Shown here: in pieces, positions 35,868 to 44,047 of the stretch
Layout of the letters: each line of letters opens with the position of its first letter
Numbering within the stretch: the first letter of the stretch is position 1
NCBI GenBank assembly: GCA_016204465.1
Contig: JACQKQ010000012.1
Coordinates: forward strand, 16,769-80,768
Length of the DNA: 64,000 nucleotides
Direction: 5' to 3'
Source: Candidatus Levyibacteriota bacterium
GTDB taxonomy: Bacteria > Patescibacteriota > Microgenomatia > Levybacterales > UBA12049
Notes under the pieces: model-generated
Databases searched by the model: none
Told to the model about the DNA's origin: nothing
What the model saw: the letters and a program-made list of their open reading frames with translations, nothing else
Made by a program: the position numbers and the translations under genes

Positions 35868-35936
35868 GGGATGCCGTGAATCGAACACGGACTACCGCAC
35901 CCCCAGCGCGGCGTACTACCACTATACTACATCCCG
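35866..35936 (-). tRNA. tRNA-Pro (anticodon GGG)
   Basis: Hand-folded minus strand: CGGGATG TA GTAT AGTGGTA GTAC G CCGCG CTGGGGG TGCGG TAGT CCGTG TTCGATT CACGG CATCCCG A. The acceptor stem pairs perfectly (7 bp), the T-loop is TTCGATT, and no CCA is encoded. Confidence 0.9.
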
Positions 35937-35967
35937 TTCTGCGAAGCAGAATAATTAAAACTGACCC

Positions 35968-35995
35968 TTGCATTATAGCAGAAAGGTGTTACAAT
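35968..35995 (+). promoter_or_regulatory. Putative promoter for recA
   Basis: TTGCAT (35968-35973), a 16-nt spacer ending TGt, and TACAAT (35990-35995). AAAGGAG SD sequence before the ATG at 36016. Confidence 0.45.
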
Positions 35996-36015
35996 TTGAG
36001 CGAAAGGAGCGCGAT

Positions 36016-37107
36016 ATGGCAAGAGGAAAAGGGAATGGTGAAGTTAAAACCGCACATGGGCCCCAAGCAGATTCCGCAGCAAAACTGCAAGCAATACGCA
36101 TGGCCATGGATCAAATCGAAAAACAGTATGGTAAAGGTTCAATAATGCGATTTGGTGAAGCAGCAGATAAACTTGATATTTCGGTTATCTCAACCGGCTG
36201 TTTGCCGCTGGATATTGCTTTGGGTGTTGGGGGACTTCCTCGGGGAAGAATTGTTGAGGTGTTTGGTCCTGAAGCATCTGGGAAAACTACCATTTGTTTG
36301 TCTGTTATTGCCCAGGCGCAAAAACACGGCGGTGTGGCAGCTTTTATTGACGCAGAGCATGCCCTTGATCCTATTTGGGCAGAAAGAGTTGGTGTTAAGC
36401 TTGAGGATCTTCTCATTTCACAACCTGATACCGGCGAGCAGGCACTGGAGATTGCAGAAAGCCTTATAAGGAGTGGAGGTATAGATGTTTTAGTCATAGA
36501 CTCTGTTGCAGCCCTTGTTCCGAGAGCCGAAATTGAAGGAGAAATGGGAGACGCAATGATTGGCTTGCAAGCCCGTCTCATGTCGCAGGCCTTAAGAAAG
36601 CTTACCGGCGTTATTTCAAAATCCAAAACCATTGCCATTTTCACCAACCAGTTGCGCCAAAAAATCGGCATCATGTTTGGCAATCCAGAGACAACAACCG
36701 GCGGATTGGCTCTTAAATTTTACGCGTCGGTTCGTCTGGATGTTAGGAAAATAGAAACGCTTAAAGACGGCGACAAGGCAATAGGTTCGCGGCACAGAGT
36801 AAAAATTGTTAAAAATAAAGTGTCTTCGCCGTTTCGCATCGCGGAGTTTGATGTGACAGGGCAAGAAGGTATTTCTCGAGAAGGCGGTATTATTGATGTT
36901 GGTTTGGAAATGGGAATTCTACAAAAGTCCGGCGCGTTCTACCGGTACGGAGAGACAATGATTGGCCAGGGTAAAGAAGCATCAAAAATATTTCTTAAGG
37001 AAAAACCGGATATTGCCAAAAAAATCGTTGACGATATCCTCAAGCACAACAAAACAGGTGGCACGCCTGTTGCGGTTGGCATTGAAGAACAAGAATTAGC
37101 TTCGTAA
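36016..37107 (+). CDS. recA: Recombinase RecA
   Basis: [16 protein letters not shown] Walker [13 protein letters not shown], and the L2 region GNPETTTGG. Confidence 0.97.
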   Translation: MARGKGNGEVKTAHGPQADSAAKLQAIRMAMDQIEKQYGKGSIMRFGEAADKLDISVISTGCLPLDIALGVGGLPRGRIVEVFGPEASGKTTICLSVIAQAQKHGGVAAFIDAEHALDPIWAERVGVKLEDLLISQPDTGEQALEIAESLIRSGGIDVLVIDSVAALVPRAEIEGEMGDAMIGLQARLMSQALRKLTGVISKSKTIAIFTNQLRQKIGIMFGNPETTTGGLALKFYASVRLDVRKIETLKDGDKAIGSRHRVKIVKNKVSSPFRIAEFDVTGQEGISREGGIIDVGLEMGILQKSGAFYRYGETMIGQGKEASKIFLKEKPDIAKKIVDDILKHNKTGGTPVAVGIEEQELAS

Positions 37108-37307
37108 GTCTTAAAATTTCGTATATTTCCTCTTGATCTATTCGATTTCATTCAGGTCATAGACTCTGAGGTCTGACGACCTCGTCGCTCAGACTCGCAG
37201 AGATCAATACTGAATGAAATTGAAGTATTGACACCCAACTATATAGTCAGTTAAGATAATTTCAATTAACAAGAGAGGGCAATGGATGCCTGTTTCCTAA
37301 ATTGTAT

Positions 37308-38903
37308 ATGCCAACAATTATGCAACAGACAAAACAACTCTTAACAATCAAAGAAGCCAGTCGTTGGGCGAGCGGCTTTCTCAAGAAGGATGTTAGCGAC
37401 TCCAATATCTCCTATTTGGTGCAATACGGAAAAATTAAAAAGCACAACTGGAATAATTCAGTTTTTATTGATGTAAATGATCTCAAGAATTATTATGACT
37501 CATATCGAGGCCAGCGAGAGGTGAACTGGAAAAAGCGGCTTGGTAATGATTTGAACTGGCTATTGTCTTTTGATCATTTGCGCGAGAAGGACACAACTAA
37601 GCATGTCCACAGGCTTCACCCATACAAAGGAAAATTTATTCCGCAACTTGTCGAGTATTTTATTGATAGCCACACTGACGATTTCAAAACAAGTGCGTAT
37701 TTCAAAACAGGCGATATTATTCTTGATCCTTTTTCCGGCTCCGGCACAACACTTGTGCAAGCTCATGAAATAGGAATACATTCCATCGGGATTGATGTCT
37801 CTCGCTTCAATTGCATGATTACGGAAATAAAGTTGTTGAATTATGACATGGGCGCGCTTGAGGAAGAAATCAAAAGAATAAAAAATGCAATTATAAACCA
37901 CGAAGCAGATAGCAAAACTACTGTGTTTGAGCGCGAGCTATTAGAGTGCTTGGCTGATTTTAATAATCAATATTTTCCAAGCCCGTCATTCAAATACAAC
38001 GTGCTACAAGGACACAGCAACGAAAGTAAATATGTCGAAGAAAAGGAAAAAGAATTTCTCAAAATCTACAATAATCTTGTCAAAAAATACGAAATTGAAC
38101 TAAACCATTCTACCGGCAAAACCTTTTTGGAAAAATGGTTTATCAGAAATGTTCGAAAAGAGATTGATTTTGCCTTTGAACAAGTCAAGACAATAAAGGA
38201 TGTAAAAAATAAGAAAATCATTGCAGTAATTTTGAGCCGCACTATTAGATCGTGTCGTGCAACTACTCATTCGGATTTAGCGACGCTAAAAGAGCCACAA
38301 TTGACTACTTATTATTGCTGGAAACACAAAAAAATCTGTAAGCCGCTTTTTTCTATCAAGACATGGTTTGATCGCTATGCGAGTGATACAGTTTATCGGC
38401 TCAAAACTTTTGCGCGACTTAAAACGAGTACTCACTATTCAGTTATTCCTGCTGACTCCCGAACAGTTAATATTTTCAAAGAAGTTGAGAGGCGAAATAA
38501 ACGGTTTCACGAAATACTGCAAAAACAAAAGATACGGGGAATTTTCACTTCGCCACCGTATGTCGGGCAAATTGATTATCACGAGCAACATGCTTACGCA
38601 TACGACCTCTTTGGTTTTGAACGTCGAGATGAGTTTGAAATTGGGCCGTTATATAAAGGGCAGGGTGCAGAAGCACGCGCGTCTTATGTTGATGGCATTT
38701 CAAAAGTTTTACTCAATTGTAAAAAGTTTTTGGCGGATAATTTTGATATATTTCTTGTGGCAAACGACAAGTATAACCTTTATCCCGCAATTGCCGAACA
38801 ATCTGGAATGAAAATAATCAATCAGTTTAAGCGGCCAGTACTAAACAGAACCGAAAGGGACAAATCTCCTTATTCGGAAATAATTTTTCATTTGAAGGGA
38901 TAA
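37308..38903 (+). CDS. Type II DNA methyltransferase (N6-adenine or N4-cytosine; SAM motif precedes SPPY)
   Basis: HPYKGKFIPQLV...ILDPFSGSGTT (motif I region, residues ~105-150) and FTSPPY (motif IV, residue ~417). Possible N-terminal HTH. An alternative TTG start lies at 37302. Confidence 0.85.
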   Translation: MPTIMQQTKQLLTIKEASRWASGFLKKDVSDSNISYLVQYGKIKKHNWNNSVFIDVNDLKNYYDSYRGQREVNWKKRLGNDLNWLLSFDHLREKDTTKHVHRLHPYKGKFIPQLVEYFIDSHTDDFKTSAYFKTGDIILDPFSGSGTTLVQAHEIGIHSIGIDVSRFNCMITEIKLLNYDMGALEEEIKRIKNAIINHEADSKTTVFERELLECLADFNNQYFPSPSFKYNVLQGHSNESKYVEEKEKEFLKIYNNLVKKYEIELNHSTGKTFLEKWFIRNVRKEIDFAFEQVKTIKDVKNKKIIAVILSRTIRSCRATTHSDLATLKEPQLTTYYCWKHKKICKPLFSIKTWFDRYASDTVYRLKTFARLKTSTHYSVIPADSRTVNIFKEVERRNKRFHEILQKQKIRGIFTSPPYVGQIDYHEQHAYAYDLFGFERRDEFEIGPLYKGQGAEARASYVDGISKVLLNCKKFLADNFDIFLVANDKYNLYPAIAEQSGMKIINQFKRPVLNRTERDKSPYSEIIFHLKG

Positions 38904-38908
38904 GAATC

Positions 38909-39724
38909 ATGAGTTTACCCCAAGAAAAAAAAGAAAGGATATCAGAGGTTATTAAAACCATCCTTGTTTCAAGGATAGATAACTTTCCGGAACTAAATCA
39001 TCAAAATAGAAATGCGCCATTTCATGATTTAATTCTAGAGGCGTTCGAGAAGCAGCTGAAACCAATAAATGTACCTACGCCCTACTTAGTCGCAATAGCA
39101 AGTTGGATGCATGGTTTAAACACCTCGCTAGGTAGTGGATTTGAATCTTTAGCACATATTTTATCTGGAGGATATAAAAGAAATTTTACCCAAAAATTCA
39201 CGTTAAAAGTTAAAAAATCTCAAGCTGAAAATATAGGGAACATAATTGTGGAGTTAAAAAGCGGAATAAAACCTGCAACACAACGAGAAAATGAAGCCAT
39301 ATTTAAATTTAACAAGGGAGAAACGGAAGTAAATGCACTGGAGTTTACAGTAGACAATTATATTGAGACAGCAAATCTAATCGAGGGGATAGAATTGAAG
39401 TCGGTTAGACCAAACTCTGGCGAAGGGAGAGGAGAGAAGCAAAAAATATTATATGCAAAAGCTGCTTTTAAATTATTACACCCTGAAAAAGAAATCAAAT
39501 ATTATATTGGGTTTCCATTTGATCCAACTTCAAAAACAGCAATTGGATATGATAAAGAAAGATTCTTTAATTATTTAGTAGAATTTAAAAAATTCTTCAC
39601 CTTTAATGAAGTTTTATTATCATCAGAATTATGGGATCATCTATCAGAGCAGAAAAATACAATGGAAGAAATTTTTGAGATTATAAGCAAAACTATCGAG
39701 GTAGTAAAAGCCTCTAATTCATAA
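38909..39724 (+). CDS. Putative type II restriction endonuclease (PD-(D/E)xK-like; possibly TdeIII-like)
   Basis: Starts 5 nt after the methyltransferase stop. VDNYIETANLIEGIELKS gives a D-x12-E-x-K arrangement. The family assignment is from memory only. Confidence 0.5.
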   Translation: MSLPQEKKERISEVIKTILVSRIDNFPELNHQNRNAPFHDLILEAFEKQLKPINVPTPYLVAIASWMHGLNTSLGSGFESLAHILSGGYKRNFTQKFTLKVKKSQAENIGNIIVELKSGIKPATQRENEAIFKFNKGETEVNALEFTVDNYIETANLIEGIELKSVRPNSGEGRGEKQKILYAKAAFKLLHPEKEIKYYIGFPFDPTSKTAIGYDKERFFNYLVEFKKFFTFNEVLLSSELWDHLSEQKNTMEEIFEIISKTIEVVKASNS

Positions 39725-39769
39725 ACCTACATTTAAAGTCGGCAGAAATAGCAACTGTAGAGGAAAAAA

Positions 39770-40015
39770 ATGAAAGCAATTAATTTACAGCAAGAGTTGA
39801 ACTTTATTCACTCTGAAAAAATGAATATTTCTAACAAAGATAGTTTATATTTTGAAATGTTAAATATTGCCCATGTTTTAATTTCAAATTACGCTAACGC
39901 AGAAACGAGGAAATTAAAATCTTTCTACGCAATAGTTTATTGGAAGACAAAAAATTTTATGTTGAGCATTGTAAATAACCCAAATACTAACGGGCACATA
40001 AAAAGGACAAGATAA
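39770..40015 (+). CDS. Hypothetical small protein (81 aa)
   Basis: GAGG SD sequence 7-8 nt upstream. AT-rich, with no recognisable motif. Confidence 0.4.
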   Translation: MKAINLQQELNFIHSEKMNISNKDSLYFEMLNIAHVLISNYANAETRKLKSFYAIVYWKTKNFMLSIVNNPNTNGHIKRTR

Positions 40016-40041
40016 GGATTTAGTTTTTGGAGGTAAGATGT

Positions 40042-40581
40042 ATGAATGAGCAGGAAAAAGAATTTTGGGAAAAATTTAAAAGGTGGAATCTTGATGATAT
40101 TGAAAGAACTATCAAGACTGAAGCCTATGTTGGTGCCGCAAAATTAATTTGTTGTGTGATTGACGCACTCGCAGGTTTTAGATTTGGAGCTGTTAGTAAT
40201 CAAGGATCAAAGTTTAGATTTATTAGTTTCGTGAAAGAGTTCATGCCAAAATTTAAGTATAGACTGCTTGCGAAAAGAAACGGGATAGTTATTTATAAAC
40301 GAAGCATTTTAGAGATGCTTTATAACAATTTTAGATCTGGATTAATTCATGAGGGGTTGCCAGGAATAGGAACGGGTATATTTAGAGACGAAAATATACA
40401 CTCACTTTTTAGAATACCAAAACCAGACAAATTAGAAATTAATGTTTTGGGTTTATTTGAATACTTAAAATTTGCATTATCTGAATATGAAGGGAAGCTC
40501 AATAAAGGAATATTTTTGAACGAATTTCGTGAAAGACTAAATTTTATTGGTGACAAAAGAAGAATACCAAAAATATCATGA
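40042..40581 (+). CDS. Hypothetical protein with HEPN-like Rx4H motif
   Basis: GGAGG SD sequence before the ATG at 40042. Appears alpha-helical by composition. FRSGLIHEG fits R-x4-H, the minimal HEPN RNase motif. This is weak evidence. Confidence 0.4.
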   Translation: MNEQEKEFWEKFKRWNLDDIERTIKTEAYVGAAKLICCVIDALAGFRFGAVSNQGSKFRFISFVKEFMPKFKYRLLAKRNGIVIYKRSILEMLYNNFRSGLIHEGLPGIGTGIFRDENIHSLFRIPKPDKLEINVLGLFEYLKFALSEYEGKLNKGIFLNEFRERLNFIGDKRRIPKIS

Positions 40582-40691
40582 ATTATTCAATAATCCAAAA
40601 ATCTAGACTTCGAGAAAGAAATCAAAGGAGCTTTTGGGGCAAGCAAAAAGGAAAGTTGAAGCGATGATTGAGCAAAACTCTTAAGGCAATT

Positions 40692-41201
40692 ATGGATCAG
40701 CTCGACGTACTGTACAACAAGGCACTCCGTTTTCTCTCCTTTCGTCCTCGTTCAGAAAAAGAAGTTCGCGACAATCTCCTCAAGAGTAGGAAAAGTATAA
40801 AGAAGGTAGAAATAGATCAAAAAGTTATTGATCAAGTAATTACAAAACTTAAAGAGCAACACTTTGTTAACGATGAAGAATTCACAAAGTGGTGGATTGA
40901 ACAGCGGACAAAGTTTCGACCGAAAGGAAAACGGCTTATTCAGATTGAACTGAAGCAAAAAGGAATAGCGCAAGAGACAATAGAAAGAATAGTTGAAAGT
41001 TCAGAGTTGAAAGTTGAAAATGAATTAGAACGAGCCAAGGTGTTAGTTCAAAAAAAGTTACGAAAATATAAAAATCTTCCTCGATTTGAGCAGTATCAGA
41101 AATTAGGCGCAATGCTGGGGCGGTTTGGATTCGATTATGACATAATCAAGCAGAGTATTGACGAGGTTTTAAGAGGGGAGTATAATACATCTAAAGACTG
41201 A
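40692..41201 (+). CDS. recX: Recombination regulator RecX
   Basis: ALRFLSFRPRSEKEVRDNLLK and repeated three-helix modules. An alternative TTG start lies at 40668. Confidence 0.8.
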   Translation: MDQLDVLYNKALRFLSFRPRSEKEVRDNLLKSRKSIKKVEIDQKVIDQVITKLKEQHFVNDEEFTKWWIEQRTKFRPKGKRLIQIELKQKGIAQETIERIVESSELKVENELERAKVLVQKKLRKYKNLPRFEQYQKLGAMLGRFGFDYDIIKQSIDEVLRGEYNTSKD

Positions 41202-41303
41202 AGAAGTCAGATGTTTATTGTATGGAACGCGTTATAACGTCAGCCTCACATACACCATCTGTAAAGCGGTAAAATCGCTTTCTTCTCGTGTCTTCATATT
41301 ATT

Positions 41304-42569
41304 ATGACAGTAACGGATCAAGATCTCATTACGCTTGAGAAGAAGCTTCTTGAAAGAGAGGAGAAAATTGACCGCGAGAGAGATCAGCTTGAAAAAGAAA
41401 GAGAACATCTACAAGACTTAAAAGAAGACTACCGCAATAAACTGCAGGATGTATCGGGTTTAACAACTGACGAAGCAAAGCAAGAGCTTCTTGCCGAAGT
41501 AGAAGCGCAGGAGGCAAAAGTGATTGCGCGCATTATTAAAGAGCGAGAGGAAGAAGCAAAACGCACAGCAGACAAAAAAGCACAAGAGATTCTGTTGGAT
41601 AGCCTCAAGCACGGCGCGCTTAATTATATTGCGGAATATACTGTTTCAACCGTAAAAGTTGCCGATGAAGACATGAAGGGCCGTATTATTGGCAAAGAAG
41701 GTCGCAACATCCGGGCATTCGAGCAGGCAACAGGTGTTGACGTTGATTTAGACGAAGAGGGTATTATTCGGATTTCATCGTTTGACCAAGTTCGCCGCGA
41801 AATTGCAAGGCGTGCGCTTGAGACGCTGCTTAAAGATAACCGTATCCAGCCGTTTCGGATAGAAGAAGTTGTCGAACAGACCAAAAAAGAAGTTGAAAAA
41901 ATTATGCTGGAGGAAGGTGAAAAGTTGGCACACGAAGCAGGAGCTTACAACATACCAGCAGAGCTTTTATCAATACTTGGTCGTTTTAAGTTTCGTACAT
42001 CTTATGGTCAGAATTTGATCGTTCACACCCTTGAAGAAACAAAAATTGGTGTGCATATTGCTAAGGAGATTGGTGCGGATGCAAATATAGTGCGTCTAGG
42101 TTGCTTGTTCCACGACATTGGCAAAGTTATCGAGGGTGAGGGAAGCCATGTAAAACTTGGCGTTGATCTTTTGAAGCGATTTAATATTCCAGAGCCAATT
42201 GTCAACTGTGTTGCAGAGCATCACGAAGATAAGCCTTTCTCATCTGTTGAGTCAGTTATTGTTGCGATTGCCGATGCAATTTCTGGCGCCCGGCCGGGTG
42301 CTCGATACGAGGATTTTGAAGAGTACGCAAAACGCTTAACCGAAATGGAAAAAATTGCAAAAAAGCACGAAGGCGTTGAAGATGCATACGCGTTTGAGGC
42401 CGGACGCGAGCTTCGGGTAATTATTAACCCGGGCAAACTCGACGATGCGCAGACAACGCTTGTTGCACACAAAATTCGAGAAGAGGTAAGCAGAAGTTTA
42501 GCTGTCCCCGGCGAGGTAAAAGTAACTGCAATTCGCGAATTCCGCGCCGTATCTACAGAATCTAACTAG
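41304..42569 (+). CDS. rny: Ribonuclease Y (no N-terminal membrane helix)
   Basis: Coiled-coil N-terminus, KH domain (GRIIGKEGRNIRAFE), and HD domain (HDIGK...HH). Confidence 0.9.
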   Translation: MTVTDQDLITLEKKLLEREEKIDRERDQLEKEREHLQDLKEDYRNKLQDVSGLTTDEAKQELLAEVEAQEAKVIARIIKEREEEAKRTADKKAQEILLDSLKHGALNYIAEYTVSTVKVADEDMKGRIIGKEGRNIRAFEQATGVDVDLDEEGIIRISSFDQVRREIARRALETLLKDNRIQPFRIEEVVEQTKKEVEKIMLEEGEKLAHEAGAYNIPAELLSILGRFKFRTSYGQNLIVHTLEETKIGVHIAKEIGADANIVRLGCLFHDIGKVIEGEGSHVKLGVDLLKRFNIPEPIVNCVAEHHEDKPFSSVESVIVAIADAISGARPGARYEDFEEYAKRLTEMEKIAKKHEGVEDAYAFEAGRELRVIINPGKLDDAQTTLVAHKIREEVSRSLAVPGEVKVTAIREFRAVSTESN

Positions 42570-42656
42570 TCCTTTTTGATTTTGCTATCTTGACAACCTA
42601 TTTAATTCTCTGTATTTTTATTGTGAATCTTCTGCCCAGAAGGTGGTGAAAAAATC

Positions 42657-42929
42657 TTGACAAAAAGAGACCTCATTCAACTCGTCGCAAAGAAAGCAAA
42701 CCTTACGAATAAAGCAGCAAGCGACTCGGTCACCGCCTTTTTGAATGCAGTCCGTGATTCACTCAAAAGAGGAGAAAAGGTTGTAATCACCGGATTTGGC
42801 ACATTTAGCGTTCGACAACGGGCGACACGGCCAGGACGCAATCCAAAAACAGGGGAGCGGATTACGATTGCTGCTCGCAAAGCACCTGGATTTACGCCAG
42901 GGAAAACACTTAAGAAAATCGTTCGGTAA
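42657..42929 (+). CDS. hup: Nucleoid protein HU (TTG start)
   Basis: GFGTFSVRQRATRPGRNPKTGERITIAARKAPGFTPGKTLK. Confidence 0.92.
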   Translation: MTKRDLIQLVAKKANLTNKAASDSVTAFLNAVRDSLKRGEKVVITGFGTFSVRQRATRPGRNPKTGERITIAARKAPGFTPGKTLKKIVR

Positions 42930-42934
42930 GACGC

Positions 42935-43072
42935 GAATACACACGAATTTTGCTTACTGTTTTCTTATTCGTGATAATTCGCATTGTGAGTACAGCTTAT
43001 AAAATCAATTCCAGCATGCGAATTTATGCGAATATTATATAATAGCATTGCTGATTCGTGTGAATTCGTATT
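42935..43072 (+). repeat. Two CGAAT/ATTCG palindromes between hup and the ABC ATPase gene
   Basis: GCGAATACACACGAAT...ATTCGTGATAATTCGC and GCGAATTTATGCGAAT...ATTCGTGTGAATTCGTATT, with the latter abutting the ATG at 43073. Confidence 0.8.
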
Positions 43073-44047
43073 ATGGCAGTCATTTCTGTTTCACATTTAC
43101 AAAAATACTACCAATTACACCAAAAAGAACCAGGATTTTCCGGTTCAGTAAAGTCTTTGTTTTACCGCAAGTATTACGATGCAAAAGCGGTTAATGATAT
43201 CTCATTTGCAATTGAGGAGGGCGAACTTGTTGGATTTATTGGGCCAAACGGTGCCGGGAAAACAACAACGCTTAAGTGTCTCTCCGGGCTTCTCTATCCA
43301 ACAAGCGGCAACGTTTTCGTTCTGGGATACACGCCATTTGATAGAAATAATGCATTCCTTAAGCAAATATCCCTTGTCATGGGGCAGAAAAACCAACTCT
43401 GGTGGGACTTGCCTGCGATGGAATCATTTTTGCTCAATAAGGAAATCTACGAAATTTCAGATGCTCAATTTAAAAAAACACTTAAGGAACTCACCGAGCT
43501 TTTAGATATTTCAGACGTTCTCAATGTGCAAGTTCGAAAACTCTCTTTGGGACAGCGGATGAAATGCGAGCTTATAGCTGCGCTTATTCATAGTCCAAAA
43601 GTATTATTTTTAGATGAGCCAACCATTGGTCTTGATGTCGTTATGCAAAAAAACCTTCGCGATTTTATCCGCTCGTACAATCAAAAATACAAGGCTACTA
43701 TTTTACTCACAAGCCATTACATGCAGGATGTACGCGAGCTTTGTAAACGAGTCATTATCATAGACCATGGAAAAATTCTTTACGACGGATTATTATCTGA
43801 TATTGTCAAACGGTATACAAAAAATAAGTTTCTGACAATTGAGCTTGAGGAAGATATTGGAAGAGAAAAACTTGAGAAACTTGGAAAAGTAACAAATTAC
43901 CAATTTCCCAAAGTTTCTCTTGCAGTGCCCAAAGCATTGTCAAATAAAATCGCAGCGACATTGCTTGACTCATTTCCAGTCACAGACCTTAACATAGAAG
44001 AGCCGCAGATTGAAGCAATCATTCGCGACGTCTTTTCGAAACAATGA
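43073..44047 (+). CDS. ABC transporter ATP-binding protein
   Basis: GPNGAGKTT Walker A, LSLGQRMK signature, LFLDEPT Walker B. Confidence 0.92.
   Translation: MAVISVSHLQKYYQLHQKEPGFSGSVKSLFYRKYYDAKAVNDISFAIEEGELVGFIGPNGAGKTTTLKCLSGLLYPTSGNVFVLGYTPFDRNNAFLKQISLVMGQKNQLWWDLPAMESFLLNKEIYEISDAQFKKTLKELTELLDISDVLNVQVRKLSLGQRMKCELIAALIHSPKVLFLDEPTIGLDVVMQKNLRDFIRSYNQKYKATILLTSHYMQDVRELCKRVIIIDHGKILYDGLLSDIVKRYTKNKFLTIELEEDIGREKLEKLGKVTNYQFPKVSLAVPKALSNKIAATLLDSFPVTDLNIEEPQIEAIIRDVFSKQ

Noticed and set aside
32213-35936. Intact prophage or integrative element at tRNA-Pro
   Set aside because: There is no integrase, recombinase or structural gene. By eye I could not find a direct repeat of the tRNA 3' end at the far border. 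At most this is a decayed remnant.
35937-36015. LexA/SOS box upstream of recA
   Set aside because: There is no CTGT-N8-ACAG or GAAC-N4-GTTC type palindrome. The only palindrome (TTCTGC-GAA-GCAGAA, 35937-35951) belongs to the GC triloop hairpin family and lies upstream of the -35 element.
35782-36145. ORFs 35782..35973 (minus, 63 aa) and 35855..36145 (plus, 96 aa)
   Set aside because: They run through tRNA-Pro, the two CTGAG-N5-CGAAG hairpins and the recA promoter/5' region. The FDKLRV-containing peptide is just the hairpin read in one frame.
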